Part shown: positions 25,228 through 39,400 of the stretch, one piece after another
Layout: each line of letters opens with the position of its first letter
How positions within the stretch are numbered: the first letter of the stretch is position 1
Assembly (NCBI RefSeq): GCF_001194135.2
Contig: NC_068986.1
Span: forward strand, 70,609,288-70,673,287
DNA from: Octopus bimaculoides
Lineage: Eukaryota
Direction: 5' to 3'
DNA length: 64,000 nt
Notes under the pieces: generated by a model
Databases searched by the model: none
The model's input: only the letters and a program-made list of their open reading frames with translations
Told to the model about the DNA's origin: nothing
Made by a program: the position numbers and the translations under genes

Positions 25228-26436
25228 CTAAACAAATTTATAGTTTATTTTCATTAGATGACATAATCACTACAATGTAAAAAAATACTTTTTCCTATGA
25301 TGAACTCAAATTACTATTACTGTAATTAAATTATTCATAAGTATTAAAAAAATGTTATCTTTTGACATTTGTATTCATCTAATTGAAAAGAGGTGACTTA
25401 GTAGATGTGTTAAAGCACTGAACAAAATGCCTTACACTATTTGCTCCGACACCCATCATTCTGAGTTCAAACTCACTTAAGTCTTTCATCTTTTTGGTGT
25501 CAGCAGAAAAAGTATCAGTTCAGGGTAGGTAGATTGGTGAACTGTTAAAGCATCAAATGAGATAGATACTTTGGAGTATCTGACAGCAGTACCTGCAACA
25601 GTACTGGTACCAAGCTGTATTGGATTTTAAGACGAGCTTTTTCCTTAAATAACACTAGTGCAATGAAGAGAGATAAATGCATGAGCAACTGCTAGTTTTT
25701 AGCAACAAAAAAAAAAAATCCCTTTGATAGGGCCTACATAAATTGGTGCAGATACATGGTCAAACCTTCCCAACTTGGGATTTAATTGAATATTAAGTGA
25801 CAATCATTGGTGCTGCAGTCAGCCTTGAAAACATTTACATTAACACAGGCAAATGTTCAATTTATAGACATTTTCACGTAAGGAAAAAAAAAGAATGTAA
25901 ATGTAAAAAGTACTAATGGTGATCATGTAATTTTTAAACCCAAAAATGAATGTTAAAAACTGAGCAAACAAACCCTTAAAATATATTTCTTGTACTGAAA
26001 GAAAAGATTAAATATTTTACATGGTCAGATAGAGGAAAAGTTGAAAGTAATTGATTTTCTGAATCCTATTTATATTTTATTTTATCTTACAATATCTCAG
26101 CAAGTTAGATGATTAAAAAAATTACACAAGATTAACCCTTAACTTCCTGGATTTAACAGGATTACATCAGTTAACCAGCCCCGAAATACATAATTACAAA
26201 AATCGTATTCGCCTTATTTGCATTCATTTTGAAGGAAGCGGAGAAAGCTCGAATGGAAGGGAGAAAACTCTGATCCTTTTCATCCTCCTTGTAGCAGAAT
26301 CATTATAGTAGAGAACCCTAAATACTGGACACAGATTAAAACCATGCAGTGGATCCTTTGTTACAAGGCCACAGGGAAAGAATGAATGTTTAAATTTTAT
26401 TTCTGGTTTATTGACTATATAGAAGTCTGCTGTGGA

Positions 26437-26790
26437 GGCGCAATGGCCCAGTGGTTAGGGCAGCGGGATCGCGGTTTCGATTTCCAGACCTGGCGTTGTG
26501 AGTGTTTATTGAGCAAAAACATCTAAAGCTCTACGAGGCTCCGGCAGGGGATGGTGGCGAACCATGCTGTACTCTTTCACCACAACTTTCTCCCTGTTTC
26601 TATTATGCCTGTAATTCAAAGGGTCAGCCTTGTCACACTGAGTCATGTTGAATATCCCCGAGAACTACGTTATGGGTACACGTGTCTGTGGAGTGCTCAG
26701 CCACTTGCACGTTAATTTCACAAGCAGGCTGTTCCGTTGATCGTATCAACTGGAACCCTCAACGCTGTAAGCGACTGAGTGCCAACAATA
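26437..26790 (+). mobile_element. Relatively intact tRNA-derived SINE (third family)
   Basis: Head GGCGCAATGGCCCAGTGGTTAGGGCAGCGG with A-box-like TGGCCCAGTGG and B-box-like GGTTTCGATT; CpG-rich body ending GAGTGCCAACAA. Confidence 0.8.
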
Positions 26791-27806
26791 GCAGTCTGCA
26801 AGGTGTTTCATTCTGAAAAAAATTACCACTTCAATCTGTGCCTTTTTCCTACATTTGTGTAAGTCAGTGTTTTTGCCCACCAATAAAGAACACAAGCTAA
26901 CTGTAAGAATAATAAGAGTATGTAATCCTAGGTTCAAGGAAAAAAAATTGTTTTGCATGAAATCAATTAGTGGTGTAAAGAAAGTCTGAGGACCACTGCA
27001 TTATGAGACTGAGCTTCTGATTTGAAAATATTTTTATGTCTTCTCCACTTGGAGTATCAATACAAAGTACCCTGGTACAACACAATACCTTCACTATTAC
27101 TATTTTTATTCACCCTACTTTTTTTTAACCATTAGACTTTTACTCCGTGTTTTTCTCTTTAGAGAATTCTAAATTCTTTAGATTTTACTTATTGTTTTGT
27201 TTCATAATTAGTTTAAATTCACACCTGTAACCCCAATTTAATAGTGAACTCCAAGTTTATCCTTAATTAGATCAGTCTTTTTTTTTTTACCTCCCTAAAA
27301 GCATTTTGTATTTTTATTTGTAGCTAATTTCATCTTCAGATTACAACTTCCTCTGCTCCCTTTTAAATAAACTTTTTGATATATATCCTTTCAGTGCCTA
27401 CCCCAACCCTACTGGATTTTTACCACTTTTATGTGACTCCTAAAATCTTGTTTCTAATTCCCTAGATTTTTTATTTTCACTATTTTAATTACTTCTTTTA
27501 GTGCAGTTATCAAAGTTTTTCTTATTTCCCCATTAATAACTATATTGCTAATATTTTTCTGTATTCAAGGTCTTAATTTCCTAAGTAGTATTATGATTAT
27601 TACTACTATTAATTTTATTAGTAAGCAATGGACAAGCAGAATCATTTGAGTATTAGACAAAATGTACTATGATCTAAGTTCAAATCTCCTCAAGATTAAC
27701 TTTATCTTTCTTCCACAGGTAATGAAATAGAATACTTGTCCACATCAAGAATCAATTTAAGCACCTTAAACTACACCACTAAAATAGTTTATAGAAAAAT
27801 ACTTAC

Positions 27807-27902
27807 ATTACTGACTAAAGGACGTCTTGGGTTGCCTTTTGCCCATTCTACAATGATACTTGAATTACATACTTCTCGACCATTTTCATATTTAATAGCA
27901 TC
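27807..27902 (-). CDS. SRSF7-like: SR splicing factor, RRM C-terminal exon
   Basis: attacag|GAT to AAT|gtaagt; 96 nt; DAIKYENGREVCNSSIIVEWAKGNPRRPLVSN (RRM helix 2 and beta-4). Confidence 0.92.
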
Positions 27903-29039
27903 CTGTAATAGTGAGAAAAACAATTGGTATGAACATTGAAGAAGCATGGATGAAAATTTTACTGTTTTGTTTTTTTAAATAAGAGGAATATGTTTCTAAA
28001 TTTTCATAATTTAGGGAATGGGAATTAGTAACCCAATTCTAAAACAGCCAAAATTTTTCACTTCTCTTTCTCACATGAGCTTTCTTCTGAAAGAACACAC
28101 ATGCTTAGAGGCGAGTGCACACACACACACACCAATTTTAATAATTTGCGACAATCTACATCATATGATTGCAAAGTTGTATCAAGTGAGAGAATACATA
28201 GTTATGGAGAGCAAGTATGGAACAATTTAGAATACAAGGGAAGAGATTAGGATTGCAATTTCAATACTAAGAAACTTTTGTTCCTAGATTTCAAAATGAA
28301 TGAAAGAGGCAGGAGATACTGCTTAGAGAGATAGGGAGAGGAAAAGCATGAGAAATAGTAAGGTGAGAGAGAATGAACCAAATGACAGGGAAAGTGAAAG
28401 ATTCAAAATGAAATAGAGTAATTTACTAGTACAAAAGTTGTAGGGCTGTAGGATTTTGTTTACATGACAATTGAAAAAAAATATAGGAAAAGTAAAAAAA
28501 AATCAGTATTAAATTGAGTTTAAGAATGTGAGCCAAAATGAATTATGAAACAAAACAAAGTAAAATTTTCTAAAGAGAAAAAGATGAGTTATATATGGAT
28601 TAAACTGGATTTAGCAACTGTGAATGGAATGACAAGAATAAAGAATGGCAAGTGAAAGTAAAAAGCATGAAATAAAAACAGTAAAATTTAATGACAACTA
28701 AAACTCTAATCAACACCTAAAAAATGTTTTAAAGCAATAAAGAAACCTATCAAATTATTGATAATAAACAAGAGAATTCTGTGTGGAAGAAACAGTGAAA
28801 AATACCACTGAATGATGAAATACCAGGAGTTAAGATTCAAAATAAACTAAGAGAGATAAAGAATATAACATGTAAATGAAATAGAACCACAATCTCTAAA
28901 ATATACATCAGATAAAATATATAGGAGTTAGTGTTGAAGTAAAGTAAAGTAAATACAATTAGAAAACTTAATAGGCAGAGCAAGTTGAGATATATGTCTT
29001 GTCCGTCCAAGGTAAAGTTCTGGACAGACAGATATTGAG

Positions 29040-30330
29040 AACATATGTTTACATAGTGAAATCTTTGCAGTACGTTTATTTAATGTATGGTGCTCTTGCC
29101 AAATAGACTAGCCATACTTTCCTGGCTAACACTTAACTCTATATACTATGTTCCATTTGAAAGTGTAGTAAAACTATTGCGATGGGATGAAAGTTAAACC
29201 TACATGTGTGCTAAGAGCAATTGGGGATAGTACTTCCTTGGTAAACTATATCATTATCCAAGCATTTGGAATCTAAGGGATAATTAATAAAGTTACTATT
29301 GTTCATACAAAATAGTTTGTATAGGTTAGAAGAAACTACAGCTTGATCAAAATACAGTAAGATAATTTTATGGTATTAAATATTCTATAGTATCTATGCT
29401 GTGAATGGAAGTGATTTCTAAGAAGGTGGAATTAGCTTTACAGAATACTAAGTTGAAAGGTGTATTACATCATGATATTTCTATTTCTCATGCTAGTGGT
29501 ATGTGTGACAGAATTGTAGGTTGTACTGTTTAAGGCAAAATATTTTCTAAAACTGCTTCTCATGAATGCTTTATTGTAGTATAGACCCTCTTCATTAAAG
29601 AATTGTTTATTAGCAGAGAAGTTATCAATTCTGAAGTAAAATAGCTTATGTCTGTAGTTTAACAAGTCTTTTGATTTCAAAGAAAAATAAAATAAGTAGA
29701 AAAAGTTTAAAGTTACATCTAATAAGTCAACTTTGTTTTTGTTGGCTTCACTAACAATCAAGAGTCCAAATTATTTGTAGAATAAATGGATTTTTTTTTC
29801 TAATTCTACTGCTCTTGACCAGTAGATTTCCTTGCTAAATACCTTTTAAACATGGGTATTTTGGTTTAAGCTGATGAAGCAAGAAACAGCTAACAAGGCG
29901 GTTAATTTCTCCCAAATCTGTCAGATGTATCAAAAGCAGGTGGAAGGTGAATTTTTCATCCATAATGCTTAATATAAATACCAATCATGCGTTGATTATT
30001 ACATTGACATCAGAGTCTTTGATATCAGCAATGGATTTAGTCTTAAGAATAACAGAAAGCAATACTCTTTAATAGAAAAATATTACTCTTTACTATCCAA
30101 TTGTAAGAATTTGGTATTAATATGAGAGATGCCTTCAAACCAACAAATCATTTCTTGTATATTCTGTCATATACATAAGGAAGATACCTCTATAATTTAG
30201 GAGACCTTTGTCAAAATCCCTTAACTAATTTTCACAATATCAGTTTTTATAAGGTTGATCAACCAGATAACTAGCTTGGTAGAGGGAATTAGCTTTTTGT
30301 ACCTCTAATGTAAAATATAAGGGGTATTTG
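29040..30330 (-). mobile_element. Penelope-like element (Neptune-type) RT to endonuclease remnant
   Basis: IQEMICWFEGISH, ANKNKVDLLDVTLN, RNRNIM, NHFHSQHRYYRIFNTIKLSYC and C-terminal LNKRTAKISLCKH, with frameshifts. Confidence 0.75.
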
Positions 30331-31210
30331 TAGCTCAGTTGTCATGAATATTTAAATCTTCACTAATATTTAAATTTGCAGTTATCATGAATGTTTAAAC
30401 TTTCACCATGAGAATCAATGTTTTTTAGAATTTCATGAAGTTTACTAACAGGAATTAGTGATAAAATTATCTAAAAATATATATATTTCACTCTATCTCA
30501 GTTGAAGTTTTTAGTCATATCTGATAGAAAATATTTATGTCACTAACATTGAGATTTCCTTACATCTACATTTTCAACACTTTCCTATATTTTTTCCATT
30601 TTCATTTTAAAAAACGACACAAAAAACCTGTGCATTAATAGACTATTCTTATTCATTTTATCTTCAGAATTAAGGAAGTAACCGGTTCCCTCTCTTCTCT
30701 CCCCAACAAACTAATCCTATTTCTTACCCTCTACAGCATTCCCATCTTTTCCTGTCTTCTATCAACTTAGTTATTGGCACCTTTCTATCTATCCCACTAT
30801 ACACGTACATCTATGATGATTTATAAAATAAATTTTCATTTTAAAAGTGAGAAATGTAAACATCTTAATCCAGAAATTGAAAATGTATATTCTTTCATTT
30901 GATACAACGTTAAATTTGATGTAAATATACAACAAAACAGCCTGCAGTTGACCACAAATTAGTAAAATTCATAAGTACTTGTATTCAGTGTTTTATTGCT
31001 GGAAAACTTTATTCTATCATGGCCACTTACTACATTACAAGCTCTCACAATATATATAAACGCACAAACACACACATATATACGCACAGATGTACAATAC
31101 ATAGTACAAACAAACAGACAATATACATATACACACACAAACATGTATACAGATACACATACAGCACAGATACATATGTATCTATATATATAAAAATAGA
31201 CATTTATACA

Positions 31211-31252
<42 letters not shown>

Positions 31253-31665
31253 ACATATATACACACATAGACATATATATATACATGTACATATATGTAC
31301 ACACACATTAAAACAAAGACTGGAAAGTTCACTTTAAAAATATACCAAACTTTCCAGTCTTTGTTCTGATATATACTTTACACTGCAAATATGACTCACT
31401 AAGATTTTCAACTTGTATGTATGACTTTCTCATTTAAAATAAACATCTACTTACATACATTTGATTACTGGAATGTGCAGATGTGCTTCATAAGTACACA
31501 ACTTTGATTATAACCCCTTCTATACATACATACATACATGTACACACACATATATGTACATATGTGTAAATATACATTTGTACACACACACACACGTATA
31601 TATATATATATATACATACACGTGTATGCATATACCCAGATACATGTGTATGCATATACATAGAT

Positions 31666-31775
31666 ATGTATATGCATATACATAGACATGTATATGCATA
31701 TACATAGACATGTATATGCATATACATAGACATGTATATGCATATACATAGACATGTATATGCATATACATAGAC
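31666..31775. repeat. Minisatellite: 5 perfect 22-bp units ATGTATATGCATATACATAGAC
   Basis: Units start at 31666, 31688, 31710, 31732 and 31754; two degenerate units lie upstream from about 31620. Confidence 0.95.
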
Positions 31776-31787
31776 ACCAATGTTTAC

Positions 31788-31820
<33 letters not shown>

Positions 31821-32886
31821 TAAATACTTTTATATATATTATACACATATATATATACATACATACATAGACATATGTATACTTACATACACAGACACAT
31901 GTATACATACATACGTATAAATACATATAGACACACACATACATGCACCCAGATCTACAAATCCTGGATAGGTCTGAATTCCCCTGCAAAACAACACAAC
32001 ACTGAACTAAGAAAACTGTGGAGTTGAGTCCAGCTGAACTTCTTGTTCATCATAGAGACAGTCCAATACACACACACATACACTGCCCCAACAAGCATTA
32101 CCCCCTCATCTCAACTACTTCTTCTTGACATTATATCCCTTAACTTTTTGTGCTGAGTTTCTGCTTCCATCCGTCATTCTCATTACACCCTTTCGTCTAC
32201 CCATTTTATAGCTACCTCTTAAGTACCTCTACATCTCCCTCTCTACCACTCCCCTGCCTTGCTCATCATCTACCCCTTGAACTATCACCCATGGGTCACT
32301 CTTATCTCTTTCCACCATCCAGCCACTCCTGCTCATCTCTCACTGCATTCATCTCTACCCCAATATCTAACCATCAGCTACTATCCCTTCCTGATCCACT
32401 ACCCATATCATCTTTTGCTTCCTGAAGGTTTTGTTCAAGCAACCCATTGCTATCCCCTTTTTACAGATATTCTCATCCTCTTTTATATAAATGCGGGGTA
32501 GTGCTGTATCTTCTCCACAGCAAGACTCTTCTGCTTGTCCCTGGCATAAAATCTTTCCACCCTCTCAAATACTCACCCCATTTAGTCAAGGAGGCTTTAC
32601 CCATTTCTTGTTCCCCCCTTGCAAGTTACTTGGCAATCCCACCAGTGTTGGTGGCATGTGAAAAACACACCCAGTACACACTGCAAAGTGGTTGGCGTTA
32701 GGAAAGACATCCAGCTGTAGAAACCATGCCAAAAGTGATATGAAGCACAATGCAACCCTATGGTTCACTAGATACTAACAAACCATTCAGCCTATGCCAG
32801 CATGAAAACAGACATTAAATGATGATGATACATATATATATATAATCACAACCCCTTTCTCATAATGTTATATATATATATATATA

Positions 32887-32920
<34 letters not shown>

Positions 32921-34974
32921 GGTACAGGTATAACTAAAAGGTTGAGAACTTTGCTACCCAACCACAAGGTTTTGAATTCAGTTCCACTGCATGGTACCTT
33001 GGGCAAGTGTCTTCTATTACAGTCAAAGCTTTGTGAGTGGATTTGGTAGATGGAAATTAAAAGGAGCTCATCATATATGCATGTGTGTGTGTGTCTCTTT
33101 GTCTTAATATTGCAGGATAGTTGTAAATGAGTATCACTGTCATAGAAGCAAAGTCTTTCATTTCCATTATTCTGTAAAAATATCTAGCCGCAGGAAATAT
33201 TACCTTACTTGGAAAGAAGTAAGGGTTGGTGACAGGAGAGGCATTCAGCCATATAAAATCTGCCTCAATAAACTCCATCTGACCCATGAAGGCATAGAGA
33301 TATGAACATTAAAACAATGATGGTTATATTGTATAAGAGAATTGCATTTTGGCAATTGTATATGAATAAATAGATATATATTTTTGTGTTTCTTTTTTCA
33401 TACTACATTAGTCTTTTGAAATGCTTATCTCTAGGTGTCTAGCTAAATGTATTATCATTTGTAGTAGCAGTGCATTAGCCTTTTGCTGCTAGTCTATTCA
33501 CCTGCTGCCCAATCAGCTATAGACTATCAACTGTAACTAAATGTTATGTACATAGTGTATTTGGTTAGTGGTCATGATCATGTTTCAACTGAGTGAGTTC
33601 ACAGTTCAAATCGGGGCATGTGGTGGGTCATGCAAGGAAGGGTAGTTTGCAAGCATATTTATGACAGTATTGGGGAGTGTACAAGTGACTTAAGGTTACA
33701 TCCTGGACCACTAATTGTTGGTATGAACTATAGAAATTTGTTAAAACTTGTATATCAAATATTAGTGTGCACGAAAGCGGTGAGCTGGTAGAAGTGTAAG
33801 CACAATTGGCATTTGTCCTTTACATTCTGAGTTCAAATGCCGTTAAAATCAGCTTTACCTCTCATCATTTTGAGGTCGATAAAATAAGTACCAATCAAGT
33901 ACTGGGGTCAATGTAATCACTTTAGCCTCTCCCCTGAAGTAACTAGTCTTATGCCAAAATTTGAAACCAATATAAGAATGCATTCAGTTATGTAAAAGTC
34001 AACTAGTTGTTCATCAGGTAAGGTGCAAAATATAAATAAATACAAATGTGTATGTAAAATACATGTGGAGTGGAATATGATATGGCTTCCAGTGATTTGG
34101 CATGGTAGTCATAAAACTGGTATACTGGGTGGTTGTTCCATCAAATCAAAGTAATCAATTATGTTAGCCTGTGAACATGTTGACATCATTCTAGGACTCA
34201 AACCGATGCATAAAATTTAGATAATGTAAGCTTATCCCAGTATTTTAATATTTACTGTAATTGTGATAAATTTGTATTTTGTGTATAAGTCAACTGTTGT
34301 AACATAATGGTTGTCTCCAGCAGTCTTTTTCCTTTTTTTGTTAAAAGGTTACCTTGAACAGGAACTGGGTTTTTTTATGTATACAGATTGTTTTCAAGTG
34401 GGAGCATAGTGTTAGTTAGGGATGGTTTAGGAGGTTATGGTGTTGAATATGATGCAATGTTGCACTTAACTCTTGAGCTGTTATGCATATATACATGTGT
34501 ATGTGTGAATTATTTGACATGTTTCTCAATTCTCCAAGCTAGTTGAGGTTGAATGGTCTGACAGGATTGGATAAGTCGTGTTCAAGGTTTCTATGGCTGG
34601 ATGCCCTTTGTAATACCAACCACTTTACAGAGTGGACTGGGTGCTTTATGCTTAATATATCTGCATATATATATATATATATACATATTTTCATTTGTGC
34701 ATGTGTGTGTGTGCACATGCACACATTTAAACATTCCATCAACATCACCCTCATCATTTTAATGTCTGTTTTTCTATGCTTGCATGGGTCAGACAAAATT
34801 CACTAAGGCAGATTTTCTATGGCTAGACACCCTTCCTTCTGCCAAACCTCACCCGTTTCCAAGTAATATTTCCCATGGTTGCACATGTTTGAACTAAAGA
34901 TCAAAAATGACAGCAACACTAGTTTTACAATTATCATATGATGCAAAGACAAAGGAGTACAAACACTCAGACAT

Positions 34975-35005
<31 letters not shown>

Positions 35006-35039
35006 CATACATACAACAGGCTTTTTAATTTCTCTCTAC

Positions 35040-35940
35040 TTGATACAATCACAAGGCTTTGTTTGGCTATAGTAGAAGACACTTGCCCAAAATACCGTGA
35101 CATGAAATACTATGCCATTTTCTCCAGCATTGCATGTCACATCATCTTGGTCCTTTTTCATATACTCCCTAAGACTAAACAACCAGAGGTCACCCTTCAC
35201 CACCTCAACCCACACCTTCCTGTTTCTATTCACTGTAAGTGATAGACACTTCTTTATACACCGATCCTCACTCATATGCATCACATAACAAAACCAATGC
35301 AGCTGTCTCTCTTGCACATTACATCTCATTCCTCTTATACCCCATTCACCTCAACACACCTGTATTTTGTCATCCATGCACACTGACAGTGCACATCCAG
35401 CAGAGAATGCTTCCTTCATTTCTGTTCGCAAAGTTTTTGCGAGTCCTTTGCATTAAAGGCCCATATCTCACTACCATGTAGCATTGTAGTTTGTATACAA
35501 GATCTCAGCCATTCTGCCTTTCAAACTGAGATAAAAATCATTTGCTACCAACAGAGGTAATAGCTCCCTCAACCTTCTGCACCCTGTTCTTATTCTACCT
35601 ACGATACTTTGAGAACATCTACCACTGCTAATTAGGCCACCTACATAACAGAAGCTATCTACTACCTCTAAGGAACCTAAGGGCATTTGAAAGCATCTAT
35701 CTCTTACGTGATCTTTGTGTTTATTTCTTGTACACAACAGCCACATAGAAATTCTGCTTTCTCTGTTAACCTGCCTCTGATTCCAGTTTTATATTCTAGC
35801 AGCTACAACCCATGGAGCAGCCCTCTTAATCCAAAACCACCTTGTGGCTTTCTCAATAACTTGACTTGCAGACTGAATGGTCCTTTTCTTTTCCACCACT
35901 GCAAAGCCTAATCAGTTGAGGACTTTGCAAAGTGAACATC
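35040..35940 (-). mobile_element. RTE LINE 3' fragment
   Basis: ORF-track fragments LEVVDSFCYVGGLISSGRCSQSIVGRIRTG and RCNVQERQLHWFCYVMHMSEDRCIKKC; homologous to 50040-50640. Confidence 0.85.
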
Positions 35941-36621
35941 TGTAAAGCTTCTTCAGTCCACCTCTATAGGTTCATATTGTGTTTTTAAACTTCTGCTCCT
36001 GGTAATTTGCATATTTCGTTTCATTGATTTCATAAATATGCTCTTTGCAGTGCACTGTAAATTAATAACATGATCAGTGGTTTTGTTGCTTCAGAGATGT
36101 CTGACAAGAAATTGTTAATTACATATATGCTATTTACTCAAATCAACATGCATATACATAGGTACAGCTGTGGCTGTGTGGTTAAGAGGCTGGTTACTTA
36201 ACCATGTGCTCTTAGGTTCAATCCCACTGTGACACTTTGGGTCAGTGTCTTCTACAATAGATCTGGGCCAACCAAAGCCTTATGAATGGATTTGGTAGGA
36301 AGAAATTGGAAGCTCATCATATATACATGCATAATGTATGTAAGATGGATGAAAAGCAGAGAGAAGTCAAAAGGTAGATAGAAGACAGTACAATGGGTTA
36401 CATGAAATATAGGGTTGGCAGAACACACACACACACATATATATATGTGCATATGTGTATATATATATATATTCACACACACAACAAATACCTATATACA
36501 CAGATATAACTTCATACATAAGTTAATAACACTCAGATAAGTATGTGTGCACACACACACCATTATATATACATACATGTATTGCACCCTGACAGACCCA
36601 CATTCACAACCTATATACACC

Positions 36622-36672
<51 letters not shown>

Positions 36673-37559
36673 CATACATACATATATACACACCATTATT
36701 TATACATGTATATGCATATATATATGTTTGTTTATAGATGCATATGTATGTGTATATATAAAAAAAACTACATTAACACACATTATATAGATAGATCTGA
36801 CAAATACATATAGATAATATAAATATATATTAATATACTATATACATTCATATATGCATACACACATATAAATGCATGTATATAATATGTGCATGCAGTT
36901 ATTTATGCATATAGCTCCATACACACATCCCTTTACATACAGAAATGATAGGGAGGCTTTAGTTACAATAAAAGATATCTATATATCCTTACATTCTTTA
37001 ATAGCCAATTACAGTAATGGTGAATCTATATAAAGTATATCTATTTAATTCCGTCCAAAAAAAACTTATTACATAAGACCACAACGCAATGGTGACAGAA
37101 CATAATTATGTGTGTACATTGAAAATGTCTCTATGTCATTGAAATAAAGTGACATTAAGAATTTCTTTTCCTTTTACCTAAGAGAAATACACTCTTGGAA
37201 ATATTTTCTTTCAAGTCTTCAAGATCAATCTTGAGTATAAACAGTACTCATCTTAAAACCAGTCAGAATCGATAACTGCTTTCCTTTAAAAGCATAACTA
37301 CAATATCCTAAAATGTATCCTGAACAGCTTTTAGTTGTGCACCTTAATATGAAGTAAAAAATATATTTTTATATATAATCTATTTACTAATTGCTGTGTT
37401 TTTGCAATTTCGGCAGTAGTTATTTATTCATTCATCTTCGATAGAACTGGTTAGTATCAATATTTTATAAAATAACAATAATGAACTTATTGTATGCAAT
37501 GTTCAAGTGCACTACAACTCATCAGAAAAACTAGCCAAAACTGCAGGAACGGTACAGAG

Positions 37560-38400
37560 AGTATGCACAGAAAGCCAACAGTGAATATAAGTTGTTAAAA
37601 AAAGGAGGCAGGGTATCAGTTGTACTGTTGGCAAATTTCAGCAGGCATGGAAGTTTTGAAAGATGTAGTATCCTGACAGCTACCAAATGATGCGGGTAGT
37701 TTTCCGTGCTTCAGTAATTTTGAGTGTGAAAAATTGTTTCGCAAAGTTATGGGTGCTGTGTTGTTTTTTGATTCTGAAAACATATCCACAGGTGTTTACA
37801 AAAAGATGTCCAAGGTGGTTGTTGTTGTTAGAAAGATGGTGAATAATCTTGTGAGTGTCTGCCAAGTCAGTTGCCAGACATCTAAACTTTAATGTGTCCA
37901 TGCCCAGGGATGCAATACGTTCAAAGTACTGTAGATGCCAGACGGCTGGTATTCATTTGGTTGCACGTTTCTGAACAATTTCCAGGAGATTGATATATTG
38001 TGCAAGATAGGGGTTCCAGACTGGTGATGCGAACTTTAAATAGATAGCTGGAGAGCAGCTGACAAAGGCTTTTCTGAGTGACACTAAAACACCCTCAGTC
38101 TTCTTGACCATTTTAGAGATGTGGTTTGTCCAATGCAAATTGTTGTCAACAATAATGCCCAGGTCATGTTCACTAGCAGACATCCTAGGACTGGTGTTGT
38201 AGAGGGAGTATGTAAAAGTCCGGTTTTTCCTCCCAAAATGCATGGTGGCGCACTTGTCCACAGCCAGCTTCAGTTGCCAGTCAGTAATTTCTGCATTGTG
38301 TTGAAGTCTGATTGCAAGAAAGACCTATAGAGCTTAGGATCTGTTCTTTTTATTTCAAAGTTTGATGTGAGCTGTGTATTTCAACACTAACTTCTTTCAC
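37560..38400 (-). mobile_element. CR1-like LINE 3' fragment
   Basis: DKCATMHFGRKN...EHDLGIIVDNNLHWTNHI...SPVWNPYL...LEIVQKRATK. Confidence 0.9.
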
Positions 38401-39035
38401 ATCCCTGCTAGCACAGTCTAAAAAAACTTCCCAAAGTACTTTTTCATAACTTTCATTATAAATTTACGGAGTTATTGCAATTATCACAATAAATCATGAT
38501 TTTAGTTCTATACAGCATTTTGATAAAAATAAAGAACCAAGACTGTCAACAACAGTATGTAAAAGTTTTGTATTTTTTCCTAGACATCTAAACTGCCTCT
38601 TTTGCAACCTTTCTCCTATTATCAAGTAATGTAAATCAATTACTAAAAGTATATGATTACAAAAACACAGCTTTTTGTACAGCAGATTGACTGTGAGATA
38701 AGGTGGTGAGCATAGTGATTGCAATGTATTGTACTATTACGCCTAACACAGATGAATAAATAGTGCTTATAATAGGGAAGAGACTGATGTAACTGTAGAT
38801 GCTCCAACAATTCGAGTTTTTCTAAACCTTGCATGAGCAAAGTGGATAAATACCTGCAAAATTTTATATCAACTTTTCTAAATAAGTAGAAGTTGAATAT
38901 ATTTTGAAAACTTGAGCTATCATAATGAATTGTTGGTGGGATTGTTCTACAACTAGACATTCTTTCTTCCTATTGCCAGCCTCTAAATAATAAAGTAGAA
39001 CAGATATCTCTATTCAGCAGGGTAGCTGCTTCCAT

Positions 39036-39400
39036 TTATTGCCTCCGCCTTAGCAAAGGTATTGTTTTCAGTCGTGTTTGTTTGTTTGTCCATTGACAAG
39101 GTATCTCAAGAACTGCTGGATGGATTTGGATGAAACTTTCAGAGATGTTTGGCCTTGTGACTGGCACAAACAGATTAGATTTTGGGATCAATCCGGTAAT
39201 AGACAAGGATTCTAGATTATTTTTCCTGTTTTTTTTTTTTAATTTTTGAGAGCGGTCAGGTTCATTTTTAGTATTCTCGTTTGTGAGAGCAGTCGAGTTT
39301 ATTTCAGATATTCTCATTTTAAAAATCATCTCTGGCTAATCGTTGAGAGGACGTTGGTGTTGTCTTGGTGAAGGTTTGCGCTCTGAGTGCTCGTTTCATT
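39036..39400 (+). mobile_element. Non-autonomous Helentron-type (DINE-1/HINE-like) element
   Basis: 5' TTATT-GCCTCCGCC, (TGTT)n tract, 3' sub-terminal GGTGAAGGT followed by hairpin GCGCTC-TGAGTGC; a second, split copy lies at 58810-59792. Confidence 0.7.

Noticed and set aside
24999-25235. 78-aa ORF MFRAMMNAIAAIDLD as a protein
   Set aside because: An alternative frame over the zinc-knuckle exon; the spliced frame gives a CCHC knuckle.
26437-26500. tRNA gene
   Set aside because: It has A/B-box-like motifs but no full cloverleaf, and it continues into a SINE body.
31620-31775. CRISPR-like array
   Set aside because: The units are contiguous with no unique spacers, and the context is eukaryotic.
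30959-31989. Long ORFs rich in C, V, Y, I, H and T
   Set aside because: Translations of TA/CA/TG microsatellites; the same applies to 11499-11778, 13967-14568, 34803-35103 and 36252-36737.
38500-38960. 105-aa and 76-aa minus-strand ORFs
   Set aside because: No family could be recognised and no splice partners were found; left unannotated.
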